Translations under genes and position numbers: made by a program | Notes under the pieces: generated by a model | What the model was told of the DNA's origin: nothing | Databases searched by the model: none | What the model saw: only the letters and a program-made list of their open reading frames with translations | NCBI GenBank assembly: GCA_021826685.1 | Contig: JAKAYT010000002.1 | Coordinates: 27,123-91,122, forward strand | Direction of reading: 5' to 3' | DNA from: Thermoplasmata archaeon | GTDB lineage: Archaea > Thermoplasmatota > Thermoplasmata > Lutacidiplasmatales > UBA184 | DNA length: 64,000 bases | In this document: piece by piece, positions 10,665-18,974 of the stretch | Position numbering within the stretch: position 1 is the stretch's first letter | How the letters are laid out: each line of letters opens with the position of its first letter

Positions 10665-11017
10665 AGCGCCTTCTCGGCGATCTGGCCCAGCTCGCTGCTC
10701 ACGAGGCTGACGACCTGCTGGGAGATCATCCGCCGGACATCCTCGGGGAGGGTGGAGACGCCCAGTCGAGCGGACAACGTGGCTACCCGCAGGATCGCGG
10801 CGTACTCGCGCGCCCGCGCATCGAGCAACTGGCGGATCGCATCGCGGAGTTCCTCGGCGAGCTTCGGGTCGTCGCGAAGCTTCTTTTCGATGTGGTGGCG
10901 GATCTCGTCCTTGACGATGTCCCGGGTCGCCTCCCGCACGAGCTCTTCCGGGCGCAGGAGGTCCCGCGTGCTCCGGACGAGCAAGTCTAACGGCTCGGCC
11001 GTCGGATCCTCTGCCAT
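10661..11017 (-). CDS. hypothetical helical protein
   Basis: Protein-like charged helical composition (MAEDPTAEPLDLLVRS...); fills the gap before tRNA-Ala. Confidence 0.7.
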   Translation of the reverse strand: MAEDPTAEPLDLLVRSTRDLLRPEELVREATRDIVKDEIRHHIEKKLRDDPKLAEELRDAIRQLLDARAREYAAILRVATLSARLGVSTLPEDVRRMISQQVVSLVSSELGQIAEKAL

Positions 11018-11144
11018 CGGTGCCGGATGGGGTGCCGCGCGCATAAGCTTGCCGAGGAGCGGGGGCGCGCGCTCTCGGTCCGCCGCGCCGGCGTCGGTCG
11101 GGCGCGAAGCGTTTATCCTCGGGTTCGCGTGGCACCCGAGGGTT

Positions 11145-11247
11145 GGGCCGGTAGATCAGCGGAAGATCGCTACCTTGGCAAGGTAGAGGTCGCGAGTTCA
11201 AAGGGGGACGCCCCGCGGGGCGCTCCCGGAAAGTCTCGCCCGGTCCA
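11145..11247 (+). tRNA. tRNA-Ala(GGC) with 31-nt intron at position 59/60 (11203-11233)
   Basis: GGGCCGG/CCGGTCC acceptor with G3.U70, GATC/GATC D stem, CTACC-TTGGCAA-GGTAG, GCGAG-TTCAAA[intron]T-CTCGC, discriminator A; TTTAT box at 11112. Confidence 0.93.
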
Positions 11248-11303
11248 CTCCCACGGACCATACGTCAACTGTCGACAGGCCCCATCGACACCAAGCACGA
11301 TGA

Positions 11304-11309
11304 TTTATA
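11304..11309 (+). promoter_or_regulatory. TATA box for HTH-HMGS-thiolase operon
   Basis: TTTATA 23 nt before GTG 11332. Confidence 0.6.
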
Positions 11310-11331
11310 GGCCGGATTTTCTCGCGGGGCC

Positions 11332-12009
11332 GTGGAATCCGAGATCGAAGAGAAGATCGCCGGAGAGGTCGTCCTTTCCCCGCACCCGGGCCGCACCCTT
11401 CGCAAGTGGCGCGAGGACTTCGGGGTCTCCCAGTTGGACCTCGCCCGCACGCTCGAGACCGGGCCGAGCGTGATCAGCGACTACGAATCCGAACGGCGGG
11501 TGAGTCCCGGGGCGGGGTTTATCCGGCGCTACGTCCAAGGGCTGCTCGCGGTCGACCGGACGCACGGCGGACGCGTCGTCCAGCGGCTCGGCGCCCGACC
11601 TCACTCCGAAGGCATCCTGGCGATCCGAGAGTTCCGGGTGGCGGTCCCGCTGCGCGTCTTTGCCGACTCGATCCATGCGAAACCGATCGGCTCGGTGGGG
11701 CTCGACCGGGACATTCATGGCTTCACCCTGCTCGACGCGCTGCGCGCGATCCTTTCGATCGACGCATCCCGCTTCGTCGAGTTCTACGGTTGGACGACCC
11801 AACGAGCGTTGCTCTTCACGAACGTACGCTACGGCCGCAGCCCGATGGTGGCCATCCGAGCCCACCCCCTCAAGCCCGCGGCGGTCGTCTTTCTGAGCCC
11901 CGGACGCATCGATCCCCTCGCCGTACGCCTGAGCGAGGTCGAGGACATCCCGCTCCTCACGACGGCTCTCACACCGGCAACGGTGGCCGAGCGCCTGGAG
12001 GAGATCTAG
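11332..12009 (+). CDS. archaeal XRE-type HTH transcriptional regulator (COG1709-like)
   Basis: [55 protein letters not shown]. Confidence 0.85.
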   Translation: MESEIEEKIAGEVVLSPHPGRTLRKWREDFGVSQLDLARTLETGPSVISDYESERRVSPGAGFIRRYVQGLLAVDRTHGGRVVQRLGARPHSEGILAIREFRVAVPLRVFADSIHAKPIGSVGLDRDIHGFTLLDALRAILSIDASRFVEFYGWTTQRALLFTNVRYGRSPMVAIRAHPLKPAAVVFLSPGRIDPLAVRLSEVEDIPLLTTALTPATVAERLEEI

Positions 12010-12029
12010 AACCGAGGACGGAAGCAACG

Positions 12030-13082
12030 ATGGAAGCAGGGATTGTCAGCTACGGGGCCTATGTGCCGCGCTACCGGATCACGCCCGCAGAGATCGGAAA
12101 GGTCTGGGGTACCGATGGCGTCGGGATGGGGAAAAATCTCAACGTGCACCGAAAGAGCGTGCCATCGCCGGACGAGGACACGATCACGATCTCGACGGAG
12201 GCCTTGCGCCTCGCGCTCGCGCGGGGAGGGATCGACCCGCAGACCATCGGGGCCCTGTACGTGGGCTCGGAGTCCCACCCGTACGCGGTCAAACCGACGG
12301 CCACGGTGGTCGCGCAGGCCGTGGGGGCGACCCCGTTCCTCACCGCGGCGGACTTCGAGTTCGCGTGCAAGGCGGGAACGGCCGCGATCCAGACCTGCCT
12401 CGGACTCGTCGGCGCCGGGATGATCCGCTACGGGGTGGCGATCGGTTCGGACACGAGCCAGGGGGCTCCGGGCGATGCGCTCGAGTACAGCGCCAGCGCG
12501 GGCGGTGCCGCCTTCGTGCTCGGACGCGAGCACGTGATCGCGAAAGTCCACCACACCGTCTCCTACACGACCGACACACCGGACTTCTGGCGCCGCGAGG
12601 GCCAGCGCTACCCGAGCCACGGGGGACGTTTCACGGGCGAACCGGCGTACTTCCGCCACGTCACGGAGTGCGCCCAGAAGATCATGGAGGTCGCGGGCAC
12701 TGAGGCGAAGAACTACGCGCACGTCGTCTTCCACCAGCCGAACGGAAAGTTCCCCCAGCGGGTCGGTAAGACCCTCGGGTTCAACGAGACGCAGATGCGC
12801 TACGGCCTCGTGACTCCGTACATCGGCAACACCTACTCGGGCGCGGCACTGATCGGGCTCGCCAACGTGCTCGATCACGCCGGCCCGGGAGAACGCATCC
12901 TCGTCGTAGGCTACGGCTCGGGCGCGGGATCGGATGCCTTCGATCTCGTGACTACCGACGAACTCGGAACGTTCCCCCGCGACCTGGGACGCCCGGTGCA
13001 GGAATTCCTCGATAAGGGCCAAGAGATCCCCTACTCCATCTACGCGAAGTTCCGCGGAAAGATCCACATGGGGGAGAACTAG
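12030..13082 (+). CDS. hydroxymethylglutaryl-CoA synthase (archaeal)
   Basis: [49 protein letters not shown]; catalytic E/C/H intact. Confidence 0.95.
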   Translation: MEAGIVSYGAYVPRYRITPAEIGKVWGTDGVGMGKNLNVHRKSVPSPDEDTITISTEALRLALARGGIDPQTIGALYVGSESHPYAVKPTATVVAQAVGATPFLTAADFEFACKAGTAAIQTCLGLVGAGMIRYGVAIGSDTSQGAPGDALEYSASAGGAAFVLGREHVIAKVHHTVSYTTDTPDFWRREGQRYPSHGGRFTGEPAYFRHVTECAQKIMEVAGTEAKNYAHVVFHQPNGKFPQRVGKTLGFNETQMRYGLVTPYIGNTYSGAALIGLANVLDHAGPGERILVVGYGSGAGSDAFDLVTTDELGTFPRDLGRPVQEFLDKGQEIPYSIYAKFRGKIHMGEN

Positions 13083-14255
13083 ATGCGGGACGTCGCAATC
13101 CTCGGCGCGGGGATGACCCGGTTCGGGGAGCTCTGGGACCGGTCGTTCCGCGAGATCGGGATCGAGGCCGGCCTCGGCGCCATGGTCGACGCACGGGTGT
13201 CCAGCGCCCAGCTGGATGGCGTCTACTTCGGCAATATGGCCGCGGGCTCGCTCATCGAGCAGGAGCACATCGCTCCGCTCATCCTCGACTACGCCGGACT
13301 CGGCAGCCGCCACCTTCCCGCGATCCGGGTGGAGGGAGGGGGCGCCTCGGGCGCGCTCGCCCTCCACGAAGGGTACCTCGCCGTCGCCAGCGGACTCTAC
13401 GACATCGTGGTCGTCGGAGGCGCCGAGAAGATGACGGACGTGACGGACGAGCGCGGCAGCGACATCGCGAGCGCGACGGCCGATCACGAGTGGGAGGTCG
13501 TCTTCGGAGCGACCCTTCCGTCGCTCTGGGGCATGATCGCGCGACGTCACATGCACGAGTTCGGCACGAAGCGCGAAGAGTTCGCGCAGGTGAGCGTCCA
13601 CGACCACGAGATGGGCAGCAAGAACCCGAACGCGCACTACCGCAACCGGATCACGCTCCCGCAGGTGCTCGGCGCCGGACCGGTCGCGGAACCGCTCGGC
13701 ATGCTCGATTGCGCCCCGCTATCGGACGGTGCCGCGGCGGTCGTGCTCGGGCCGCTCGAGATCGCGCGCAAGTACACCGACACCCCGATCCGGATCGCCG
13801 CGAGCCAGGTCGCGACCGATTCCATGGCGCTACAGCACCGGCGGGAGATCACCACGGTCGACGCCACGGTCGAGTCCGCGCAGCGCGCCTTTCGCCTCGC
13901 GCGTCGGGCCCCGAGCGACGTCCAGGTCGCCGAGATCCATGACGCCTATTCGATCGCGGCCCTGGTTTCGCTCGAGGACCTCGGCTTCGTGCCGAAGGGG
14001 AAGGGCGGTCCCGAGTTCGCGTCGGGCCGGTTCGCCCATGGCGGGGCCGGCCCCACGGTCAACACGTCCGGCGGACTGAAGTCGCAGGGCCGGCCGTTCG
14101 GCGCCGTGGGTATCGCCCAGGTGGTGGAGCTCGTCCGGCAGCTCCGCGGCGAGGCGAAGGACCGGCAAGTCTCCGGCGCGCAGCTCGGTCTTGCCCATAA
14201 TCTCGGCGGCACCGGCGCGACGAGCGTCGTTCACCTCCTGGAGCGGGTGAACTAG
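13083..14255 (+). CDS. archaeal-type thiolase-domain protein (catalytic residues substituted)
   Basis: GMTRFGELW, VGGAEKMTD, CAPLSDGAAA, EIHDAY, NTSGGLK, HNLGG; sits between HMGS and DUF35. Confidence 0.9.
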   Translation: MRDVAILGAGMTRFGELWDRSFREIGIEAGLGAMVDARVSSAQLDGVYFGNMAAGSLIEQEHIAPLILDYAGLGSRHLPAIRVEGGGASGALALHEGYLAVASGLYDIVVVGGAEKMTDVTDERGSDIASATADHEWEVVFGATLPSLWGMIARRHMHEFGTKREEFAQVSVHDHEMGSKNPNAHYRNRITLPQVLGAGPVAEPLGMLDCAPLSDGAAAVVLGPLEIARKYTDTPIRIAASQVATDSMALQHRREITTVDATVESAQRAFRLARRAPSDVQVAEIHDAYSIAALVSLEDLGFVPKGKGGPEFASGRFAHGGAGPTVNTSGGLKSQGRPFGAVGIAQVVELVRQLRGEAKDRQVSGAQLGLAHNLGGTGATSVVHLLERVN

Positions 14256-14265
14256 GAGGGCGGCC

Positions 14266-14760
14266 ATGTCGATCGCACGATTCTGGAGAGAGACGCCCCA
14301 GCGCTACAACCTCGGCGGATCGAAGTGCTCGGACTGCTCCACCGTCTACTTCCCCCCACGTTCGGTGTGCCCCAACTGCTCGAGCCATCGCCGTTCGATC
14401 GGCCGCATGGTCCCGTTCCAGCTGTCCGGCGATGGGGAGGTCTTCTCCTACACTATCGTCCACGAGGCGGCGGAGGGGTTCGACATGCAAGTGCCCTACG
14501 TCCTCGCGCTCGTCAAGACCGTCGAAGGGCCGATGCTCACCGGTCAGGTCGTCGACATCGAGACCGGCGAGATCCGCATCGGCCTTCCGGTGCGCGCGAT
14601 GTTCCGCAAGCTCCGCGAGGAGGGAAAGGCCGGGGTCATCCACTACGGGTACAAGTTCGCTCCGCGGGAGGAGGACCGGGCTCCGGACACACCGCCGGGC
14701 CAACGGGACGTGGCCCGCGCCGCGACCCCTGACGCGGAGCGGGGACCTACGACGGCGTGA
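14266..14760 (+). CDS. DUF35 Zn-ribbon/OB-fold protein
   Basis: RFWRE..QRYNL, CSDC..FPPRSVCPNC, GVIHYGYKF. Confidence 0.92.
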   Translation: MSIARFWRETPQRYNLGGSKCSDCSTVYFPPRSVCPNCSSHRRSIGRMVPFQLSGDGEVFSYTIVHEAAEGFDMQVPYVLALVKTVEGPMLTGQVVDIETGEIRIGLPVRAMFRKLREEGKAGVIHYGYKFAPREEDRAPDTPPGQRDVARAATPDAERGPTTA

Positions 14761-15494
14761 GCGACGAACCCCCTCCGCGCGACGAGCTTCGGTCCCCGGA
14801 CGAGGAGTACGCCCGGGATTACACCGACGGCTACGCCGAAGGCGTCCGCAGCGCGCTGCGCGAGATCCTGGCCTACGCGGCCCGCGGGCACACGATCGCC
14901 GAACTCCGCTACCTCGTCCAGAGCCGGCTCGCGCAGCTTCCGGACGAGGTCGATCACAAGCGCCGAATCCTGCTGGCGCTCCCGCGCGGAGGGTCGGCGT
15001 GGGGTAGCCCGACGCGTCCGCTCTCGCCCCCGCGGCCGTGGCAGGGCGTCGGCGGGACGACCCGGGTCATCGCCGGCCGAACCTACCTGGTCCGCGAAGC
15101 GAAGCCCCGTCGGGCGCTCGAGATGGTCGGGGACGCGGCCGTGTCCTTCCGGCGGATCGTCGCGATCTCGGCGAACCCTCCGACCTTTCCGCGCGTGGAC
15201 CCCGATCACGTCCGCACCTTCTCGCTCGCCGCGACGGATGAGGGACCCTCGATCGAGTCTCTCGGCGGCGACGTCCGGGCCTTCCTGAACGAGAACCCGG
15301 AGACGATCGTGTACTTCGATGGTCTCGAAGAACTCCGCCTGCACGTCGGCAGCGCGGCCATGTTGCGGTTCGTACAGTGGCTCGTCCAGGAGTCGCAGAA
15401 CGCCCGCGGAGCCTTGGTCGCGGTCGTCCACCCCCAAACGCTCGACCCGAAGGAGCAGGCCGCACTCGAGCACTTCTTTCAAGTGCTCGCATAG
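14757..15494 (+). CDS. DUF835-like (inactive KaiC-like) domain protein
   Basis: TYLVRE, IVYFDGLEEL, LVAVVHPQTLD..EQAALE; GTGA overlap. Confidence 0.65.
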   Translation: MSDEPPPRDELRSPDEEYARDYTDGYAEGVRSALREILAYAARGHTIAELRYLVQSRLAQLPDEVDHKRRILLALPRGGSAWGSPTRPLSPPRPWQGVGGTTRVIAGRTYLVREAKPRRALEMVGDAAVSFRRIVAISANPPTFPRVDPDHVRTFSLAATDEGPSIESLGGDVRAFLNENPETIVYFDGLEELRLHVGSAAMLRFVQWLVQESQNARGALVAVVHPQTLDPKEQAALEHFFQVLA

Positions 15495-15509
15495 GCACTA
15501 GCTTCACCG

Positions 15510-16709
15510 ATGCAGATCGCGTTCTTCACCGATTCCTACCTCCCGACCAAGGACGGGACCGCGGTCGTCGTGGACGGGCTCGCACGCGCGCTGAACCGGC
15601 TCGGCCACCGGGTAGGGATCTACGCCCCGCGGCCCGACGCGGGAGCGACCGAGGTCAGCGACGAGGGGGGGATCGAGGTCGTTCGTGTGCGATCGCACGC
15701 CGTGCCCCTCTACCCGGAGTACCGTTGGCCCTACGCTCTCAGCCTATTGCGGGCGGTCCGAGGGCTATCGGCCGCCCGCGCGCCGGACGTCGTCCACGTG
15801 CACACTCCCGGCCTCGTCGGTACGAGCGGCTTCTTCCTCGCGCGCCGGACCGGCGTTCCTCTCGTCGGCACATTCCATACCGACCTTGGCGCGATGGAGG
15901 AGAGCGTCCGAGCCAAGGCCGGGGTCCCGACGTTCTTCCGGCTCGCCAGCTGGTACAGCCTCGGCGTGTACTGGCGGTGCAACCGGGCCGTGGCGCCGAC
16001 CTCGCTCGCCCGGGCGCGGATGGTCGAGACCGCGACGAAGCCGTTCACGACCCCGATCGAGGTCGTGCCGAACGGGATCGATCTGGAACGCTACCATCCG
16101 GGGATCGCCCAGCCGGATTGGCGGGCGCGATGCGGGCTCGAGGGCGGGGCGCTGATCACCTACCTCGGGCGCCTCACGGCCGACAAGGGGGTCCATCGCT
16201 TCTTGGATGCGATCTCTTCGCTACAAGCAACCCACGACGTCCGCGCGATCATCGCGGGGCGCGGCCCGGAGGAGGCGGTCCTGCGCGCCCGGCTCGCGGG
16301 GGATCCGGAACTCGGACGGTGCGTTCGCTACGTGGGGCCGGTCGTCGAGGAAGAGAAGCCCGCGCTTCTCGCCCAGAGCGATCTCTTCGTCCTCCCCTCG
16401 ACCTCGGACACTTCGAGCGTCGCGCTCCTGGAGGCGATGGCGTGCGGAACGGCGGTGGTCGGGCCGACCGAGGGGGGTCCCGCCGAAATCGTCCGCGACC
16501 GCGAGACCGGACGAAAGGCATCGATGCGGATCGAGGGGGCGCTGGGCGCGACGATCCGCGAGCTTCTGGACGACCCGGCCGAGCGCCGTGCGCTGGCCGA
16601 ACGCGGCCGGAGGTTCGTCCGGGAGAACGCGTCGATCGAGACGATGGCCGCCCGGTATGCGGCGATCTACGCAGAGCTCGTGTCGGGTCGGACCGCCGGG
16701 GGCGCGTGA
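15510..16709 (+). CDS. GT4 family glycosyltransferase
   Basis: IAFFTDSYLP..DG, VHVHTP, GTFHT, VPNGID, YLGRL..DKG, LEAMACG. Confidence 0.92.
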   Translation: MQIAFFTDSYLPTKDGTAVVVDGLARALNRLGHRVGIYAPRPDAGATEVSDEGGIEVVRVRSHAVPLYPEYRWPYALSLLRAVRGLSAARAPDVVHVHTPGLVGTSGFFLARRTGVPLVGTFHTDLGAMEESVRAKAGVPTFFRLASWYSLGVYWRCNRAVAPTSLARARMVETATKPFTTPIEVVPNGIDLERYHPGIAQPDWRARCGLEGGALITYLGRLTADKGVHRFLDAISSLQATHDVRAIIAGRGPEEAVLRARLAGDPELGRCVRYVGPVVEEEKPALLAQSDLFVLPSTSDTSSVALLEAMACGTAVVGPTEGGPAEIVRDRETGRKASMRIEGALGATIRELLDDPAERRALAERGRRFVRENASIETMAARYAAIYAELVSGRTAGGA

Positions 16710-16723
16710 GAAGGGAGGGCAGG

Positions 16724-16830
16724 CGGGCCTGTCGGGAGTCTCCGGCGGGGGCGCGTCCCGCCCCGGCCCTTTGAACCCGAGTTTGCTGGCTTAGAAGGCC
16801 AGTGCTTCGTCCGAGCTAAGCTACAGGCCC
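16724..16830 (-). tRNA. tRNA-Arg(TCT) with 32-nt intron at position 59/60 (16738-16769)
   Basis: Reverse complement: GGGCCTG/CAGGCCC acceptor, GCTT/AAGC D stem, CTGGC-CTTCTAA-GCCAG, TCGGG-TTCAAA[intron]T-CCCGA, discriminator G; ATTAA box about 26 nt upstream. Confidence 0.93.
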
Positions 16831-16855
16831 ACGGGGGCCATCGAGATCGGTTCCC

Positions 16856-17425
16856 TTAATGCTTCGCGCGCGCCCAAGGGACCGTTCGGGCCCGGGCCGA
16901 CGCGATCAAATGCGCCAGCCGAAGCGGCTCGGGCCAATACCCTCGCCGGGTCGCCCGCGCCAGCAGCGCCCGCGCGTCCCGGCGGGTCGCCCCGACGACG
17001 CTCGCGTGGATCGGCAGCGCTCCCGTCGGCACGGGAAAGAGCCGGTGCGCTGCGAGCTTTCTCCATCGAGCCCGCCCGTCCCGCGGGAACCACTTCACCA
17101 GCGCGCGACGGATCCGCACCCGGTCGGGCTCGCGGCGGGTCACGCAAATGACCGGCAGCCTCGTGGCGCGGTGCAGACGATCGAGATCCACGACATTGAA
17201 CCCGCCGACCACCGTTCCGTCCAAGAGCACCGCGCGAAGGTCTTCCCCGTGGCCGGTGGCCTCGATGAGCGCGACGATCCGTTCCGTCGCATCGATGCCG
17301 TCGACCGCGACCGATCCGATGCGGACGGCCTCGACCTCGTCCGGTAGAGAGACGACCACCGCGCAGATCGGCGCACGGCGGTCCGTGCGGCGGAACCGAC
17401 CGTCGTCGATGGCCACCAGACGCAC
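16856..17425 (-). CDS. DUF99 family protein (endonuclease V-like fold); start uncertain
   Basis: AIDDG, VDGIDAT, LLDG..GGFNVVD, PEPLRLAHLIA. Confidence 0.85.
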   Translation of the reverse strand: MRLVAIDDGRFRRTDRRAPICAVVVSLPDEVEAVRIGSVAVDGIDATERIVALIEATGHGEDLRAVLLDGTVVGGFNVVDLDRLHRATRLPVICVTRREPDRVRIRRALVKWFPRDGRARWRKLAAHRLFPVPTGALPIHASVVGATRRDARALLARATRRGYWPEPLRLAHLIASARARTVPWARAKH

Positions 17426-17485
17426 GTGGGGCTTCGTGAGAGCGCGCCGTAAGGATATGAAGCGGCCCCGGGTCCCGGATGCGCT

Positions 17486-18448
17486 ATGGCGACGGCGCCC
17501 CCGATGGTTCGCTGTCCGCGGTGCGGAGCGGCGACCCCGGTCCCGGCCCCTGCCCCCACGTCCACGGTTTGGGTCGCGTGCTCCCATTGCGGAGGTCCAG
17601 TGCCGATCGTCCCGGCACGGGCCGTCCCTCCTCGGTACACCTGGGAGGTGCACCCCGGGCTATATCCCGTGCAGCCTGCCCTCCATCCCCCCCGCTTCCG
17701 CTGGCGCCGCCTCGTCGTAGCGGTGCTGATCCCCATCGTTCTCGTGGGATTCGCGCTGATCGGGATCACCGGCTATTACGACTACGGCCTCGGCCAACCC
17801 GGGACGTTCGCGGTCTCGGGGACGGTTCTCGGAGCGGACGGGAGCGCTCTGGCCGGGGCTCACGTCGTGCTGGACAAGGTCGTCAACGGGGTAGCCGTGC
17901 CCACTTCCACGTCCACGACCACCGCACTGGACGGGACGTTCGATTTTGCCACGGGAGTTCCGACCGGATACCTCGTGTTCAATGTGACCGAGAGTGCGGG
18001 AGCGCTCTCGCCGTGGATCCTCGTCGTGAGCTACGTCTCCCCTTCCTACGATGCCGGCAGCACGGGGGTCGCCGTCTCGTTTGCCAACTCGGTGGCCGGG
18101 TCGAACCAAACGATCGACCTCAGCCCTTACGGCCTATCCGCCATCGCCTACGTGCCCGACTACGTCGGCAGCGCGGGAGCCATCGCGGGCATCGCCGCGC
18201 TGATCGCTCTTGGGGGCGCTATAGCGGTATGGCGCGCGGATCGACCCGCGATGGGAATCGTCGGCGGCGCGGCCGGCCTCGGGATCTTCGCGGGATTCCT
18301 CGCGACCGGCGCGGGATACGCGTTCCCGTTGCTCCTGCTCGTCTCCGCCGCAGGGGCGGCCCTTGGCGCCTTCGTGTTCTCGATCGCGTGGATCGAGCTG
18401 ATCCAGGTCCGCGAACGCGGTCGACCTCCCGGCCAACGGGCCGGCTGA
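17486..18448 (+). CDS. Zn-ribbon membrane protein with extracellular beta-sandwich (carboxypeptidase-regulatory-like) domain
   Basis: CPRCG...CSHCG, TM helix, VSGTV..ADGSALAGAHV..TTALDGTFDF, C-terminal TM helices. Confidence 0.7.
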   Translation: MATAPPMVRCPRCGAATPVPAPAPTSTVWVACSHCGGPVPIVPARAVPPRYTWEVHPGLYPVQPALHPPRFRWRRLVVAVLIPIVLVGFALIGITGYYDYGLGQPGTFAVSGTVLGADGSALAGAHVVLDKVVNGVAVPTSTSTTTALDGTFDFATGVPTGYLVFNVTESAGALSPWILVVSYVSPSYDAGSTGVAVSFANSVAGSNQTIDLSPYGLSAIAYVPDYVGSAGAIAGIAALIALGGAIAVWRADRPAMGIVGGAAGLGIFAGFLATGAGYAFPLLLLVSAAGAALGAFVFSIAWIELIQVRERGRPPGQRAG

Positions 18449-18449
18449 A

Positions 18450-18908
18450 CTAGCTGCGGTCCGAGATCGGTCGCCGACCTTGGAATCCGGAACCGAGCTG
18501 GTGGTAGAACGCGACTCGGTCCTCGCCGGTCTTCCAGCAGAGGTAGACGATCTCGCCGTTCCGTCGGGCGTAAAAGTCCACGAGTCCGCCCTCGAGGTCC
18601 TTGATCTCGATCCCGTCGGCGCGCAACTCCTCGATCGTCTCCTCGATCCGGCGGGACAGGGCCGCCCACTCCTGATCGAGGCGATCCTTGTGACGACGGT
18701 CGGGAAGGTCCACCGCGTCGATCTCCGCTCCCCAGAGTCCCCGCAACCGGTGGAGTTCGGCATGGACGACCCGCAACCGTTCGACCCACACGCGCAGCTC
18801 GGGGATCAGCTCGGAAAGCTCGCCGATCCGCTCGTTGGCCTGAGCGACGGTCCAGAGCCGGACCGCCCGCTGGCGACCGACCTCGTCGGCCGACTCTCGC
18901 TTCGCCAT
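18450..18908 (-). CDS. DUF2203 family protein
   Basis: WTVAQAN, IKDLEGGLVDF, VYLCWKTGE, YHQLGSGFQGRRPI. Confidence 0.9.
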   Translation of the reverse strand: MAKRESADEVGRQRAVRLWTVAQANERIGELSELIPELRVWVERLRVVHAELHRLRGLWGAEIDAVDLPDRRHKDRLDQEWAALSRRIEETIEELRADGIEIKDLEGGLVDFYARRNGEIVYLCWKTGEDRVAFYHQLGSGFQGRRPISDRS

Positions 18909-18974
18909 CGTCCCTCTGGGACGTACTAACCCAGTTCTGACTATATACGGACCCGGTCGAACGCGGGTAACCAG

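Noticed and set aside
11203-11233. tRNA pseudogenes or integration scars instead of introns
   Set aside because: Both exon halves pair correctly, promoters are present, and the identical position and BHB-like geometry recur in three genes.
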